The notes under the pieces were generated by a model. It searched no databases, was not told the DNA's origin, and worked only from the letters and a program-made list of their open reading frames with translations. From assembly GCA_965655095.1 (NCBI GenBank), contig OZ296649.1, positions 129,642,001-129,706,000 on the forward strand: a DNA stretch of 64,000 nucleotides, in the 5' to 3' direction. The position numbers and the translations under genes were made by a program. Source of the stretch: Haplodiscus bocki. Its lineage: Eukaryota. Below are positions 38,801-50,370 of this stretch, in pieces (the stretch's first letter is position 1; each line of letters starts with the position of its first letter).

Positions 38801-41800
38801 TATGCAAACTGATATTGTGTAATAGTCTTTTGAGAAACATTGCGTCTTGTTGATGTTTTTCGATACACTTGTCTTCAAGATCCATTGGTCTTCGCAACAA
38901 CGCTATTGTTTGAGAGCTCATGAATAAAGATCGACTTTGTTCTTCTTACTGGTGTCGATCTCCTAGATTGTCGATTTTTGTTGAGCTTCGCTTTGTGTAT
39001 AGAAATTATTAAGATGATAAAACTAATGAATCTACCGAAAACTTTGGATTTGAGTTGCCGAGAAAAAGTGCAGCTTTCATCAAGTTGCAGGAGGTTGTTA
39101 CAACGAATGGTTTGTGCTTACCAAGTCAGGGATGACGTCAGTATCAGGTTTTTCTTTTCTTTGCAGATGAATTGATTCAAGATCGAATAATTTCAAGTTC
39201 TTGAAAAACATTTGATATTATGTGCACAGAAGATTTGATCCTATTTGTCAAGCAGGGTTTCTTGTATTTAATACAGGTTCACTGGTAAATTGTGGTAAAC
39301 TCTTTCCTGGAAATTTTCAGGAGTCACTCCAGATTGAACTTTTTTGCTAAATTGATCGCACGATGGACACCAATAAGCTTTTGAGAGTACATTGATATGG
39401 GACAAGTAGATAATGTGGTTTTTGTAACGCATTATTCGAACAGTTTGGAACGCTTGCCAACACTTTTCGTGACTGACTCTTCAGCATTTGCTCCATCCAC
39501 AAAATCGACGTCGCACAGGAAGATGTTCACTTAAACCAATTCTTCCAATACCGAAAAATCATTCAAACAAACACCGTCAAAATTTGTTGGGTCAGTTCAT
39601 CCGTTTTTGTTCAGGAAGACCCTTAGAAGTTTTTAAATGTCAGATTTCAGTCCGTAGAGTTGAAGAGCAAGAGTTCCAAACGGACAATTTACGTCTTTGT
39701 ACAGTTTTTTAAAGTCTGTTTCTTGTATATTAAACATCTGACAGACTTGTTATTCGTGAGGGATCTTCGCATCCTTTGAAAGCGTCTTGGAGTAAAGCAA
39801 CAAAATCTGATAGCGGTGAATTCATTAAATGTAAGGGTTCTTTTGTTCCACAGTTGATTTACAAAAAGCCTCAAAATAATTCAATTGAGTAAGTTTGGTC
39901 TTTTCCGGGTTATTAAACTATCCAAATGGAAGATACTTTATTCTCCTAAACGTCCTGGAGGCTTTCAGGAATGAAGCTGTGCTGGCAGTTCTTCCGAAAA
40001 ACTTCAATAGGCCTATTAGCTGAAATTCTCCGAAAATGTTGGAGACAATTTGTTTCACCTTTTTTATTGCTACTGTTCAATCTCTCGATCGTTACCGTAT
40101 ATTAGGATCAGACAGCTCGTCATAAATTTGATGTCGTACGTCGCTCTTTCGAAACAAAAGACATGAAGCTTTTTGCCAAATCATTCTGAATGAATATGCA
40201 AACTGATATTGTGTAATAGTCTTTTGAGAAACATTGCGTCTTGTTGATGTTTTTCGATACACTTGTCTTCAAGATCCATTGGTCTTCGCAACAACGCTAT
40301 TGTTTGAGAGCTCATGAATAAAGATCGACTTTGTTCTTCTTACTGGTGTCGATCTCCTAGATTGTCGATTTTTGTTGAGCTTCGCTTTGTGTATAGAAAT
40401 TATTAAGATGATAAAACTAATGAATCTACCGAAAACTTTGGATTTGAGTTGCCGAGAAAAATTGCAGCTTTCATCAAGGTGCAGGAGGTTGTTACAACGA
40501 CTGGTTTGTGCTTACCAAGTCAGGGATGACATCAGTATCAGGCTTTTCTTTCCTTTGCAGATGAATTGATTCAAGATCGAATACTTTCAGGTTCTTCAAA
40601 AACTTTTGATATTATGTACACAGACTATTTGATCCTATTTGTCAAGCAGGGTTTCCTCTGGTTGATACACGTTCACTGGGACACTGGGAAAATGTGGTAT
40701 ACTTTTTCCTGAAACTTTTCAGGTGTCACTCCAGATTTAACTTTTTTGCTAAATTGATCGCACGATGGACAGCGATAAGCTTTTGAGAGTACATTGATAT
40801 GGGACAAGTAGATAATGTGGTTTCTGTAACGCATTATTCGAACAGTTTGGAAAGCTTGCCAACACTTTTCGTGACTGGCTCTTCAGCATTTGCTCCATCC
40901 ACAAAGTTGACGTCGCACAGGAAGATGTTCACATGAACCAATTCTTCCACTACCAGAAATTTTTTCAAACTAACACGGTCAAAATTTGTTGGGTCATTTC
41001 ATCCGGTTTTCTTCAGGAAAACTCTTAAGAGTTTTGAATTTTCAGATTTCAGTCCGTAGAATTGAAGAGCGAGAGTTCCAAACGGACATTTTTTGTCTTT
41101 GTACAGTTTTTTAAAGTCTGTTTCTTGTAAATTAAACATCTAACAGACTTGTTATTCGTGAGGGATCGTCGCATCCTTTGAAAGCGTCTTGGAGTAAAGC
41201 AACAAAATCTGATAGCGGTGAATTCATAAAATGTAAAGGTTCTTTTGTTCCACAGTTGATTTACAAAAAGCCTCAAAATAATTCAATTGAGTAAGTTTGG
41301 TCTTTTCCGGGTTATTAAACTATCCAAATGGAAGATATGTTTTTCTCTTCAACGTCGTGGAGGCTTTCAGGAATGAAGCTATGCTGGCAGTTCTTCCGAG
41401 AAATTTCAATAGGTCTATTATTTGAAAATCTCCGAAATTGTTGGAGACAATTTGTTTCACATCTTTTTTGCTACTGTTCAATCTCTCGATCGTTACCCTA
41501 TATTAGGATCAGAGAGCTCATCATAAATTTGATGTCGTACTTCGTTCTTTCGAAACAAAAGACATGAAGCTTTTCGCTAAATCATTCTGAATGAATATGC
41601 AAACTGATATTGTGTAATAGTCTTTTGAGAAACATTGCGTCTTGTTGATGTACTTCGATACACTTGTCTTCAAGATCCATTGGTCGTCGCAACAACGCTA
41701 TTGTTTGAGTGCTCATGATTAAAGATCGACTTTGTTCTTTTTACTGGTGTCGATCTCCTAGGTTGTCAATTTTTGTTGAGCTTCGCTTTGTGTATAGAAA

Positions 41801-44800
41801 TTATTAAGATGATAAAACTAATGAATCTACCAAAAACTTTGGATTTGAGTTGCCGAGAAAAGTTGCAGCTTTCATCAAGTTGCAGGAGGTTTTTACAGCG
41901 AATGGTTTGTGCTTACCAAGTCAGGGATGACGTCAGTATCAGGTTTTTCTTTTCTTTGCAGATGAATTGATTCAAGATCGAATAATTTCAAGTTCTTGAA
42001 AAACATTTGATATTATGTGCACAGAAGATTTGATCCTATTTGTCAAGCAGGGTTTCTTGTATTTAATACAGGTTCACTGGTAAATTGTGGTAAACTCTTT
42101 CCTGGAAATTTTCAGGAGTCACTCCAGATTTAACTTTTTTGCTAAATTGATCGCACGATGGACACCAATAAGCTTTTGAGAGTACATTGATATGGGACAA
42201 GTAGATAATGTGGTTTTTGTAACGCATTATTCGAACAGTTTGGAACGCTTGCCAACACTTTTCGTGACTGACTCTTCAGCATTTGCTCCATCCACAAAAT
42301 CGACGTCGCACAGGAAGATGTTCACTTAAACCAATTCTTCCAATACCGAAAAATCATTCAAACAAACACCGTCAAAATTTGTTGGGTCAGTTCATCCGTT
42401 TTTCTTCAGGAAGACCCTTAGAAGTTTTTACATGTCAGATTCCAGTCCGTAGAGTTGAAGAGCAAGAGTTCCAAACGGACAATTTTTGTCTTTGTACAGT
42501 TTTTTAAAGTCTGTTTCTTGTATATTAAACATCTGACAGACTTGTTATTCGTGAGGGATCTTCGCATCCTTTGAAAGCGTCTTGGAGTAAAGCAATAAAA
42601 TCTGATAGCGGTGAATTCATAAAATGTAAGGGTTATTTTGTTCCACAGTTGATTTACAAAAAGCCTCAAATTAATTCAATTGAGTAAGTTGGGTCTTTTC
42701 CGGGTTATTAAACTATCCATACGGAAGATACTTTATTCTCCTAAACGTCCTGGAGGCTTTCAGGAATGAAGCTATGCTGGCAGTTCTTCCGAGAAACTTC
42801 AATAGGTCTATTAGTTGAAAATCTCCGATTTTGATGGAGACAAGTTGTTTCACATTTTTTATCGCTTTTGTTCAATCTCTCGATCGTTACCGTATATTAG
42901 GATAAGAGAGCTCATCATAAATTTGATGTCGTACTTCGTTCTTTCGAAACAAAAGACATGAAGCTTTTTGCTAAATCATTCTGAATGAATATGCAAACTG
43001 ATATTGTGTAATAGTCTTTTGAGAAACATTGCGTCTTGTTGATGTTCTTCGATACACTTGTCTTCAAGATCCATTGGTCGTCGCAACAACGCTTTTGTTT
43101 GAGAGCTCATGATTAAAGATCGACTTTGTTCTTTTTACTGGTGTCGATCGCCTAGGTTGTCGATTTTTGTTGAGCTTCGCTTTGTGTATAGAAATTATTA
43201 AGAGCATAAACTAATGAATCTACCAAAAACTTTGGATTTGAGTTGCCGAGAAAAATTGCAGCTTTCATCAAGTTGCAGGAGGTTGTTACAACGACTGGTT
43301 TGTGCTAACCAAGTCAGGGATGACATCAGTATCAGGTTTTTCTTTCCTTTGCAGATGAATTGATTCAAGATCGAATAATTTCAGGTTCTTGAAAAACTTT
43401 TGATATTATGTACACAGACTATTTGATCCTATTTGTCAAGCAGGGTTTCCTCTGGTTGATACACGTTCACTGGGACACTGGGAAAATGTGGTATACTTTT
43501 TCCTGAAATTTTTCAGGTGTCACTCCAGATTTACCTTTTTTGCTAAATTGATCGCACGATGGACAGCAATAAGCTTTTGAGAGTACATTGATATGGGACA
43601 AGTAGATAATGTGGTTTTTGTAACGCATTATTCGAACAGTTTGGAAAGTTTGCCAACACTTTTCGTGACTGGCTCTTCAGCATTTGCTCCATCCACAAAG
43701 TTGACGTCGCACAGGAAGATGTTCACATGAACCATTTCTTCCACTACCAAAAATTTTTTCAAACTAACACGGTCAAAATTTGTTGGGTCATTTCATCCGG
43801 TTTTCTTCAGGAAAACTCTTAAGAGTTTTGAATTTTCAAATTTCAGTCCGTAGAATTGAAGAGCGAGAGTTACATACGGACAATTTTTGTCTTTGTACAG
43901 TTTTTTAAAGTCTGTTTCTCGTAAATTAAACGTCTGACAGACTTGTTATTCGTGAGGGATCGTCGCATCCTTTGAATACGTCTTTGAGTAAAGCAATAAA
44001 GTCTGATAGCGGTGAGTTCATAAAATGTAAGGGTTATTTTGTTCCACAGTTGATTTACAAAAAGCCTCAAATTAATTCAATTGAGTAAGTTTGGTCTTTT
44101 CCGGGTTATTAAACTATCCATATGGAAAATATTTTATTCACCTAAACGTTGTGGAGGCTTTCAGGAAGGAAGATAAGCTGGCAATTCTTCCGACAAACTT
44201 CAGTAGGTCTATTAACTGAAAATCTCCGATTTTGATGGCGACAATTTGTTTCTTACTTTTTATTGCTACTGTTCAATCTCTCGATCGTTACCGTTTATTA
44301 GGATCAGACAGCTCATCATGATTTTGATGTCGTACAAGAAAACGACAAAACATTCAAAACAAAAGCCATGAAGTTTTTTGCCAACTCTTTCTGATTGAAT
44401 ATACAAACTGATATGGTGTAATAGTCTTTTCAGAAACACTGCGTCTTGTTGATGTTCTTCGATACACTTGTTTTCAAGATCCGTTGGTAGTCGCAACAAT
44501 GCTATTGTTTGAGAGCTCATGAATAAAGATCAAATTTGTTCTTTTTACTGGTCTCAATCTCCTAGGTTTTCGATTTTTGTTGAGCTTCGCTTTGTCGCTT
44601 TGTGTAAAGAAGTTATCAAGAACATAAACTAATGAATCTACCAAAACCTTTGGAGTTGAGTTGCCGAGAAAAATTGGAGCTTTCATCAAGTTGCAGGAGG
44701 TTGTTACAACGACTGGTTTGTGCTTACCCATTCACGTGACGACATAAGTATCATGATATTCTTTTCGTTGCAGATGAATTGATGGAAAATCGAATTTTTT

Positions 44801-46590
44801 CAGTTTCTTGAAGAGCTTTTGATACTATGTGCACTGAACTTTTGATCTTAATTTTCAAGCACGGTTTCCTGTAGTTATTACAAGTTTATTGGGAATTTGT
44901 TGTAAACTCACTCCTGAAAAATTGTCAGGTGTTAGTTCTGATTTCTGTTTTTTCATGAATTGATCATTTGATGAGCAGTGTTAAGCTTTTGAGAGTACAC
45001 TGATGTGGGACACATCGAAAATGTAGTTTTTGTGACGCATTATTCGAACAGTTTGGAATGTTTGCCAACACTCTTCATTGCTGGCTCTTCAGGATTTGCT
45101 GCATCCACAAAGTCGAATTCGCACAGGAAGATGTTCACTTAAACCAGGTTTTCCACAACCAGAAAAGTTTTCATACAAACACCGTGAAAGTTTGTTGGGT
45201 CAGTTTTTCCACTTTTCCTCAGGAAAGTACTGAAGAGTTTTGAATTTTCAACTTTCAATCCATAGAAGTGAAAAGCGAGAGCTCCAGAGAGACGACTTTC
45301 GTCTTTGTGCAGTTTTTTAATGTGTGTTCTTGGAAAGACAAGGAGTTGACAGACTGGTTATTCGTGAGTCTTTTTGGCATCCTATGAAAACGTATTTGAG
45401 TAGAGCAACAAATTATGATACCGGCCAATATAATTTTTAAGGGCTTTTTGGTTTCGCAATTTGTTTTAATAAAACCTTCAAATGTTTTAATTGAGTTATC
45501 TTGGGCTTTTCCAGGTCATTGAACTATCCAAATGGAAATTGCTTCATCGTCCTATACCTCTTGTAGGCTTTCAGGAATGAAGCTATTCTCGCAATTTTTC
45601 GAAAAATTTCAGTAGGTCTTGTAGCTGAAAATCTCCTAATTTGAAAGAGACAGTTTGGTTCACTTTGTTCATCATTACTAGCGAAATCTCTTGATCATTC
45701 ATGTATGATAGGATCAGATAGATCCTCATATACCTGATGTCGTACATTGCTCTTTCGAAACATAAACATGAAGCACAGTGCAATATTTTTTCGAATGGGG
45801 TTGTAAACTGGTATGATGACACAATCCATTTGCAGACAATGCGCCTTGTTGATCGTGTTTGAAACACTTGTCTTCAAGATTCATCAGTCTCCAAAGTTTT
45901 CCATTTTCGCTGAGCTTCGCTGTGTGTATATAAATCATCAAGAACATAAGCTAATGAATCAAGCAAAACCCTTGGATTTGAGTTGCGTAGCAAAACTGGA
46001 CCCTTTATCAAGTTGGAGGAGATTGTTACAGATACTGCTTCCGGCGTAGCGATTCGTGTGATGCTATCAAAAACAAGATTTTCTTTCCTTCGCAGATGAT
46101 ATGAATAAAGATCGAATTTTTTCAGGTTCTTGAAAAGCTTTTGATATTATGTAAACAGCATCCTTGATCGTAATTGTCAAGCAACTTTTCTTGTACTTAA
46201 TACACGTTCATTCGGAATTGGTGGTAATTTTTGCTCTGAAAAAATGTCAAGTGTCACTCCAGATTCAACTTTTTTGATGAAATGATCGCACGATGGACAA
46301 CGATAGGTTTTGGAGAGTAGTCTTTCATACAAGCACTGTGAAGTCTTGTTGGGTATGTTTCTCCAATTTTCTGTAAGAAGACACTGAGTAAATTGGAATC
46401 TTCCTTTTTCAATCCGTAGAAATAGGAGCGAGAGCTACAAAGCGACAATTTTAGTCTTTTGTATTGTTTTTAGTTGATTATTTTTAAGACAAACAGTTGA
46501 CAGATTGGTATATGGTGACCGATTTTGGCAACCAGTGAAAACATTTCCGGGTAGAGCAACAAAATTTAATACCGATGAGCTCGGAAAAGA
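11882..46590 (-). repeat. Macrosatellite: ~25 head-to-tail copies of a ~1,393-bp unit derived from an internal pPolB fragment
   Basis: Anchor TTGCTCCATCCA at ~11894, 13025, 14417, 15809, 17203, 18595, 19986, 21380 ... 42283, 43684, ~45095. Spacing is mostly 1391-1394 bp. The minus strand gives pPolB-like GKHKPVVVTTS.NL.KAPIFLGNS, AKYDIK, LLKFLGRTAS..SFLK, LYKD..CPFGTLAL, homologous to 1-830. Confidence 0.97.
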
Positions 46591-47292
46591 TCCAGGTTGC
46601 GTAGGCTCGTTCTTTTGATCACGATTAAAGGACGTTGTTGTTGCCTAATAGGTTCCTGAAATTTGTCAGATGTTCACGAGTAGTCGCAAACTGAGTCGCT
46701 ACAACAGTACTTTGTTCTGGGATGAGCTTTTAATTGATAACTCATTTCTTCGGTGTATTTGGGCCCAAAACGGACTTTTTCTTCCTTAGCAAAAACTTGG
46801 AGGCTGCCGGAAGCAACAACTTTTGAGTTTTCAACAGAATTTTTGAATCCAAGTTTTTCGGTGCGAGTTTAGGGCGCTGTATTTCTATTGCCCACCATAG
46901 AAACCGTGAAATAAAGTATGGAGGCTTTTAACTTTTCATTGAGACTAACATCGACAAGTCGACACACAAATTGTTCGATGTCATCATCTTGAATCTTTGA
47001 TCCAAATTTTGCTGCAAGTTCCTAACACTTCTGTTCCTATGATTTTTAAAAGCTATAAAACTCTTCATCACATGCTTTGTAGTTGCAAACTGCTATTGAA
47101 TTTTTTTATTTTGTTTTCTGGCAAGATGATAAAGTTCACAAGCCAAAGTTTTTGTTGCGAAAGTTGAACGTTCGAGACAGTTAAGGCTCCCAGCAAAACA
47201 TCTTCTCTAATGTCGTACAGCGTTCTTGTACGTGGTTTGTGTTCCACAAATTTCACAAGCGTTTTGTTTCCGTTGCGTTTCTGGAAAAGCAT
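45438..47292 (-). pseudogene. pPolB: Native 5' portion of the parent pPolB gene of element B, continuous with the last repeat copy
   Basis: Beyond 46590 the repeat junction is absent and the sequence follows the upstream pPolB sequence seen at ~830-1545. ATG at 47292 (MLFQKRNGNK.. vs MPGLNRNEEV..). Confidence 0.75.
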
Positions 47293-48119
47293 TTCAGTAA
47301 AATTTCTTACACACAAACACTGAAAAAAACGCTAACATTGAACCAATTTGACTTCATCGGTGCTAGCGAAAAAATAGTGATTAGCTTGTATCGAGTGATG
47401 CTATTTACAAAATACAGTAAGTGAAGAACCCATAAAAAATACGGTTTCGTGTCACCATAAAAGAGAAACAGAGTCAAATAGGCAGAAATCAAACTGCCAA
47501 TCAAAGTTGGAACTCAAAAGTTAAACTGAACTGGAAAGTAAGCAAAGGATGATCCAATACTCAATCTTTCACAAAAACTGTTTTAGACTGTTCACTGTCA
47601 ATGGCTAGAGATAGTTTTCCTTAAAATTGTAAGAAAGTGAGAATCAATCAAGCAATCAAGTCCAATTCTTTCGTCTGATAAGGAGAGTGTCTGACTAGTG
47701 TATGGAATCAAGCTGAACAAGGATCCTCCGACAAGCTCACAGACTGTCTGAGAAAATCACTTGAATGGACAAACATGCTCCAATAGAGAGACAACCTGTC
47801 CGATAAATTTTGTCAAGTGGAATAAGCTCTTTCCACGATGATACAATTTGTCTTAGTAAACTATTGAGATGGAACATCTATCTCCAGAGTTTATCCCAGA
47901 AACTTCCATATCAAATGTCAATCAAGTCCCTCGAGGAATCAAACAACAAATGTTGCAGAGTAACTGCTGTGTAGAGGTTAAAAGCGTCTGATCACAGACT
48001 CATAGAAAAATCGAAGCAATTTATTGCAGTTTGAAGACAAGAGGAACCAAACGAGAACGCTGAGCTTTTGAAACACTAAACCACTGTGTTGCTTCTTATC
48101 GAAAAGTCGAAAAAAACCC

Positions 48120-48170
48120 TAATACCTGCTTGGTTAAAAAAACGTTACGAGTGTTGCCATCGCTGAAAAC
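48120..48170. promoter_or_regulatory. Second copy of the conserved non-coding block
   Basis: TTGGTT..AGTGTTGCCATCGCTGAAA matches 2200-2251. Confidence 0.4.
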
Positions 48171-48889
48171 AAAGTTAACCAATCATCATCCCATCTAGCG
48201 CTACACCATTGATTGTACCACTTTACACTTTTTCTTAATTGAAACAGTGGGCGTTAATCAAAAAGGAGTGTCCCAGTTTGTTCGAATGGCATTTTTTTAC
48301 GAAGAAATTCCAGAACAGTCTTCGAACAAAGTGGAAAGGGATACGTATTTCTACCGCCCATTCCGAATAAATCCCAGCAGCAGCATCAGACTAACAAGTG
48401 TTGGCAAAATTTCCAAAAAAAAAATCTTTTGCTACAGACTTGTTCCAATTTTATGGTTTGATGAAACAGCAGCGTTGTATCCAACGAGAAGTGAAGGTTT
48501 CCAGATGAACCTTGGTTGTTTAGTCAACAGTTTTGCGTGAACTGTTCGAAACTTGTGACCAATCTGGCTGTCGTTTGTTCACTCCACCACCCAGACCAAA
48601 AATGAGATTGCATCAACAAAATCAGTGATAACCTTTTTGCTTATTGCTTCACAGACGCCATCGGATTTTCAAGCAGACAAATTCATTTATTGTTCCCTTT
48701 TGAACACAAAAAGTCTTGAAGCTCTTCTGTCAAAATATTTCCTCTATGCCTTAGTGAAATCGCTTTTAGACCTCCACAATTTGCCACTTTTTATCATCAC
48801 AAATTTTACCACCTATGAAAGAAGCGGTACAGGTGTCAAATGTTTGCCAACATTTACCAGATCTATACCGTACATTACATTTAACCAGA

Positions 48890-49450
48890 ACAACTTTCTC
48901 AGTCTCTAACGACAATATCTAGTGGACTTTCGAATTTGATCCGGACTTTGTAGTTTCAAAGGTTAAAGATCTTGTCCACAATATATCAATTTGCCACCTA
49001 TAGCTTGGCACTTGCTTTTGTCATAGAGGCGACATGTTTTGAAAGATCAATCAACGCTGTTTCCAGTTAGTGAAAACCTCGAAGAGAATGGAGAATACGG
49101 TTGAAGTACTATCAAAGGATGGTGAACAGGAGATGAAAACAAGTGGTTAGGATTGATCAGATATGGATGACTTCGATTTATAGCGGAAAAACGTTCTATT
49201 GGACATGGATGCTGTCTTCGGACCAAGTATAGATGCCTCTTTCTGCCGTAGAGCTTTGAACAATTAATTGGAAGGTTCAGTATAGTTTTTCAATTAATTC
49301 GTCGATGAGGAAGACAATAAGAACTTGCCACTATCAATTTCAGTGTCTCAGGAGAACAATTAACTTTCCAGTTAGCTTGGAAACCTTCATTTCAGAAAGC
49401 GGAGGTAAAACATGCCACAACCCGCATCTAGAAGTATATTTGAACATTTA
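48890..49450 (+). pseudogene. Element B homolog of the acidic/Pro-rich accessory gene
   Basis: TTTCTCAGTCTCTAACGAC..AGTGG matches ~3731. TTGGACATGGATGCTGTCTTC matches ~4050-4070. Confidence 0.55.
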
Positions 49451-49559
49451 TCTCTATGCCGTACCTCATTTCGTCAAAACACTCATCTAAAATGTTGCCT
49501 TTCCTCATACTCTTTATCAACACGAATCAAAAACAGGTGAAGCATAAGGAATTCTAGTT

Positions 49560-49785
49560 CCTTTTCGCAAGTTAAAAATACCAGCCTACCTTTGCATGTA
49601 TCAAAATCCTACAGAGAAGAAGTGGGACACCAGAAAGAAAGCAAAAGACAAAAATTTTGAAAAACAGTGAACAAGTTCTTAAGTGAACGCCGACTTCTAT
49701 CTAGTTGAGAGAGATTTTGTAGGCTGTAGTTGCTACTTGTGGTTTGGAGGAAAACGTTGCAGAAGCATATGGAGTGGAACTAGAC
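49560..49785 (+). pseudogene. Second EGF-like gene copy (element B)
   Basis: FYLVERDFVGCSCYLWFGGKRC retains the C-x-C-x5-G-x-R-C EGF C-terminus. The DNA (CCTACAGAGAAGAAGTGGGACA, TATCTAGTTGA) aligns with ~4490-4600. Confidence 0.7.
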
Positions 49786-49819
49786 CCAAGTTCAACTATG
49801 AAAACTGCGGAAGATATCG

Positions 49820-50370
49820 CGTCGAAACATCACACGTTGTAGATTTTTTGATTCGAAACGTGACACAAAGTTTTTTTTTCAATTCAAAAATTCGCTCTTT
49901 TCAAAAAAAAATACAGAATTGTGTTTTTTGAAAAAACAAGGAAAACGCAAGGAAAATTGCTTGTATGGCATAGAAAATATCAAAAAGGACTTTCTATAAC
50001 CATGTTTTTTATAGAAAACTGATTCTAGAAGACAATACTCAAATCGAAATGTGATGTGTTGTCAAAAGTTGGTTCACAATGTGATGGATTTAAGCAAAGT
50101 TAATTCAAAATCTCACATGTTTTAAGAAGTCCGTTTCCAACGCTGGGTTGTTCGAAAAACTTTGCTCCAGAGTCTTAGTTTTCAAAAAATCGGAGAATTG
50201 CAAACTTTCAGGAGAAAACGATTGAAATTGAGTTTTTTCGAAGACGGGATTTTGTTGAAAAATTGACTTGTTGGATGATTTTTTTCAAAATATGATGCAA
50301 TTCATGAAACTGAGCTCAAAGTCTTACGCATTGTGAGAAAATTGATGCGAAATCTGAATTGCTTTTTAAC
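49820..50370. repeat. Degenerate AT-rich ~30-bp repeats downstream of the EGF copy
   Basis: CACACGTTGTAGATTTTTTGATTCGAAA, CAAAATCTCACATG, CAAAATATGATGC, GAAATCTGA variants; positional homolog of 4745-5168. Confidence 0.5.

Noticed and set aside
11882-46590. CRISPR-like array or tandem multigene family (recurrent 60-110 aa ORFs such as MLHPQNRH.., MRLFVNQLW..)
   Set aside because: There is no short repeat plus unique spacer structure. The ORFs are off-frame or antisense by-products of the repeated pPolB pseudogene fragment, mostly with non-ATG starts and variable stops.
11882-46590. Whole array as an assembly artefact
   Set aside because: Units carry structured, position-dependent variants, indels and diverged edges, which artefactual copying would not produce. 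The exact copy number still needs read confirmation.
11882-46590. Array encoding a giant poly-exonuclease protein
   Set aside because: Each unit has many stops and frameshifts on the coding strand, and most unit lengths are out of frame.
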